This document shows, piece by piece, positions 61,041 through 64,000 of a DNA stretch of 64,000 nucleotides. Each line of letters opens with the position of its first letter. The first letter of the stretch is position 1. A model generated the notes under the pieces. It was not told the DNA's origin, made no database searches, and saw only the letters and a list, made by a program, of their open reading frames with translations. Origin of the DNA: the human T2T-CHM13v2.0 reference genome, Homo sapiens; assembly GCF_009914755.1 (NCBI RefSeq), contig NC_060934.1; one strand, given 5' to 3'. The position numbers and the translations under genes are program-made.

Positions 61041-61436
61041 TATGATGGTCTTTTGATGTGTCAACTTGCCTAGACTACAGTCTCTAGTTGTTCCATCACC
61101 CCAATCCAGGTGTTGCTGTAAGATGTTTTGAAGATGTAATTATAGCTCATAATCAGTTGACTTTAAGTAAGATAAATTATCCCAGATAATCTGCATAGGC
61201 ATAATTTAGTCAGTCAAAAGGCCTTAAGAGCTGAATTGAGGCTTCCCTGGTGAAGAAGAAATTCCATCTCTGAACTATATCTTCAGCCTGTGCCCAGAAT
61301 TTCCAGCCTGCCCTTCCAGGGCCTGCCCTAAAGATTTCAGACTTGCCCAGCCAGCACCCACAATTGCATACAGCAAATTTCTTGCAATAAATCTCTTAAT
61401 ATATATCTCATACTTGTTCTGCTTTCAACTGATACA
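61041..61436 (+). mobile_element. ERVL LTR MLT2-type inserted in a MIR (60920-61560)
   Basis: tgtgtcaacttgcctagactacagt...aatcagttgactttaagtaa...ctgataca. Confidence 0.75.
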
Positions 61437-61579
61437 ATCCTTAAGCTCTAAATTGAGATAATAGCACCTACTCACAGGACAGTTGTGAGGATTCAATGAG
61501 ATAATGCATGGAAAGTGTTTGGCACACAAATAATTGCTAAACAAATATTTGGTCTTGTTCTATTTTGTTTGTAATAACC

Positions 61580-62000
61580 TTGGTAGACTGTCACAAGTTC
61601 TTTCCCTCATTCTGTTCCAACCTCCTTGCCATGTGAACAGCAAGGAACCTGCTGCCATGCTGATACCATGTCACTTGGTTTTGCCAATGGCATGTTAGCA
61701 GGTGCTATCCAAGCAGAGACTTGAAAAGAATTTGTATCTCAGAACTCCTTGCCAGCCACATAAGGAAGCCCTTGATGGATGATGAGAAGTACGTTATCCA
61801 GTCACAAACTTCCCTGCCCTTGTTACCAATAAGCAGCAAATCCTTTAAAAGTAGAGCCCTTATCTGATAGTAGCTGCATGAGTGACCCCAACTGAATTTA
61901 GCCCAAATTTCAGATTCACAGATCATTAGCTAAATGAGTGGTTTTCTTCATAAGCCACTATTTTGGGAATGTTCTGTTATACAACAAAACTAACTGAATC
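61580..62000 (+). mobile_element. Old MaLR LTR (MLT1I/J-like)
   Basis: ccatgtcacttggttttgccaatgg...taagccactattttgg..tgttatacaacaa. Confidence 0.6.
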
Positions 62001-62069
62001 AGGAATAAAAGTGAGATTCTTTTTAAACCTTTCAAATTGGAAATTTCTTTTTTGGTATCAATGACCATT

Positions 62070-62720
62070 ATTAATTTGAGCATAGGAAAACAGATCTTCT
62101 CTTAGATTTATTTTGGGCATGTAAATTGTTACAACCTTTTGAAGGAAAGTTGATTAATAGGTATAATATGTTTGAGAACTTTATATACATATTCTTTAAT
62201 CCAGTAATTCCAGTACAATAATGTATCGTTAAGAAAATAATTAGAAATATGCACAAAGATTTATGAATAATGATGTTTAATGAGGTGAGCATTTTGAATG
62301 GTAAAGTGGAACTATCTATATAATAGTAAAGAAAACAATACATTTCCAACAATGGAAGATTATTGAACCACTCATGGTGCAATATAATTGAATACCAAGC
62401 AATAAATAAAATTAACATTTCAAAGATTATATAGTCTTAGAAAATGCTCATAATTTATTCAATGAAAAATGATACTATAAATCTGTGAACAGTTTGATCT
62501 AAGTTTTATACTGTGTGTGACTGTATAAATTGACTGATTATATAATTGCTTGTACAGGGGAAATTGATTCTATAGGGGAAAGAAAAAGAAAATACATCAA
62601 AATATTAATAGTGATTATTTCTGGGTGTGGGATTATTGGTGGTTATTTTATATTTTGCACTTTACAACATTTTTGTGATGAACTTATGTTATATTAATAT
62701 TTATTACCAGAACAGTAAAA
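62070..62720 (+). mobile_element. L1ME-type fragment
   Basis: Highly diverged ORF2-end and 3'UTR motifs. Confidence 0.55.
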
Positions 62721-63289
62721 AGACTTTAGAAATTCTATCCATTCTTGAAAACCTTGTCAAAGGCCAAACCAGCAAAGCCTTTAATTATCCCTGATTGGGA
62801 ACAAGAGGAACATCCCCTAGTGATTTGCTCCTCTCTGTGTTGCTTATGACATGCCTTGTATTGCAGTTATTTGTTTACCTTTCTTGTCACCCCACCTTTA
62901 TGGTGAGTGCTTCAGGGTTGTGCTGTATTTGCCTTGAATGTAGAAAGCACACATTGCATATTTGTTAACTAAAGATGTATTGGATGATTTGTTGTGATAT
63001 CACATTCAAAATATACCCCATATCAGACTACTTCTCCACCTCAGCTCTGGTCCCTGGTACCATGCTGACCTCATGTCTTATGACTTTTCCTAACTCACAG
63101 TCCAGCCATACTGGCCTCCTTGCTACTCTTCCATCTCCCCATACAGGCTCCTGTCTCTAATACTTTTTGCTTCTTGTTATCGCTGCCTGGAAGAACTCCT
63201 CCCCAGTCATTGGTGTGGCTTTGTACTCTCTAATCCTCCTTCAAGTCTTTGTTCAAACGTCTCCTTTACCTCCTAAAACACAATGGCAA

Positions 63290-64000
63290 AACTTCAAATA
63301 ACCCAACTTAAAAATGGCCAAAGGACTTGAATAGACATTTCTTCAAAGACAACACACAAATGGCCAACAGGTATATAAAAAGAAGTTCGACATTGCTAAG
63401 CATCAGGTAAATGTAAATCAAAATGACAATGAGATATCACCTCACACCTATTTGGCTGTTCTTTAAAAACAAAAGATAAGTTGTGGTGAGGATATGGAGA
63501 AATGGGAACCTTTGTACACTGTTGGTGGGAATGGAAAATGGTATAGCGGCTATGGAAAACAGTATGGCGGTTCCTTGAAAAATTAAAAATAGAACTACCA
63601 TATTATCCAGCAATCCCACTACTGGGTATATATCAAAGGAAATGAAATCAGTATGTCGAAAATAAATCTCCACTTCTGTGTTTATTGTAGCATTATTCAC
63701 CATAGCCAAAATAAGGAAACAACCTAAATGTCTATCAATGGATGAATGAATAAAGCAAGTGTGGTTATACACACATAATGGAATATTATGAAGCCATAAA
63801 AAGAAGGAAATCCTGCCATATGCCAAAACATGGACGAACTGGAGGACATTATGCTAAGTGAAATAAGCCAGATACAGGACAAACACTACATGATTTCCCT
63901 TATATAATGTATCTAAACGTGTCAAACTCATAGAAACAGAGAGTAGAATGGTAGATGTCAGGGGCCGGAGGAGGAGCAATGGGGAGTTACTATTCAACAG
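63290..64000 (+). mobile_element. L1MA/MB-type 3' region (runs off the window)
   Basis: gacttgaatagacatttc...gagatatcacctcacacct...ggaggacattatgctaagtgaaataagcc. Confidence 0.85.

Overview
Primate genomic DNA, most likely human given an L1HS-type 3'UTR. The window is intergenic or deep-intronic, and I recognise no protein-coding exon. All long ORFs in the track come from LINE-1, Alu, LTR or low-complexity sequence. Contents: four young L1PA insertions (one full-length L1PA3/4, dead), a near-full-length L1MA, about a dozen Alus, ERV1/ERVK/MaLR solo LTRs (MER41B, LTR8, LTR14-type, MER52, THE1, MLT), DNA-transposon fossils, and MIR/L2 fragments. Subfamily calls are from memory of consensus sequences, not from a search. 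The most unusual signals are: (1) a mostly non-transposon fold-back cluster at about 36.3-39.6 kb, made of a ~290-bp inverted repeat enclosing an inverted Alu pair, followed by a 45-bp stem closing a multi-hairpin domain; (2) an L1HS-like insertion whose 5' junction carries a perfect 53-bp inverted copy of its own upstream flank inside the TSD; (3) an L1 with an 18-nt 3' transduction tag; (4) an Alu with a ~50-bp target duplication; (5) a MER41B with an intact GAS site; (6) splice and poly(A) signals suggesting a minus-strand spliced lncRNA.
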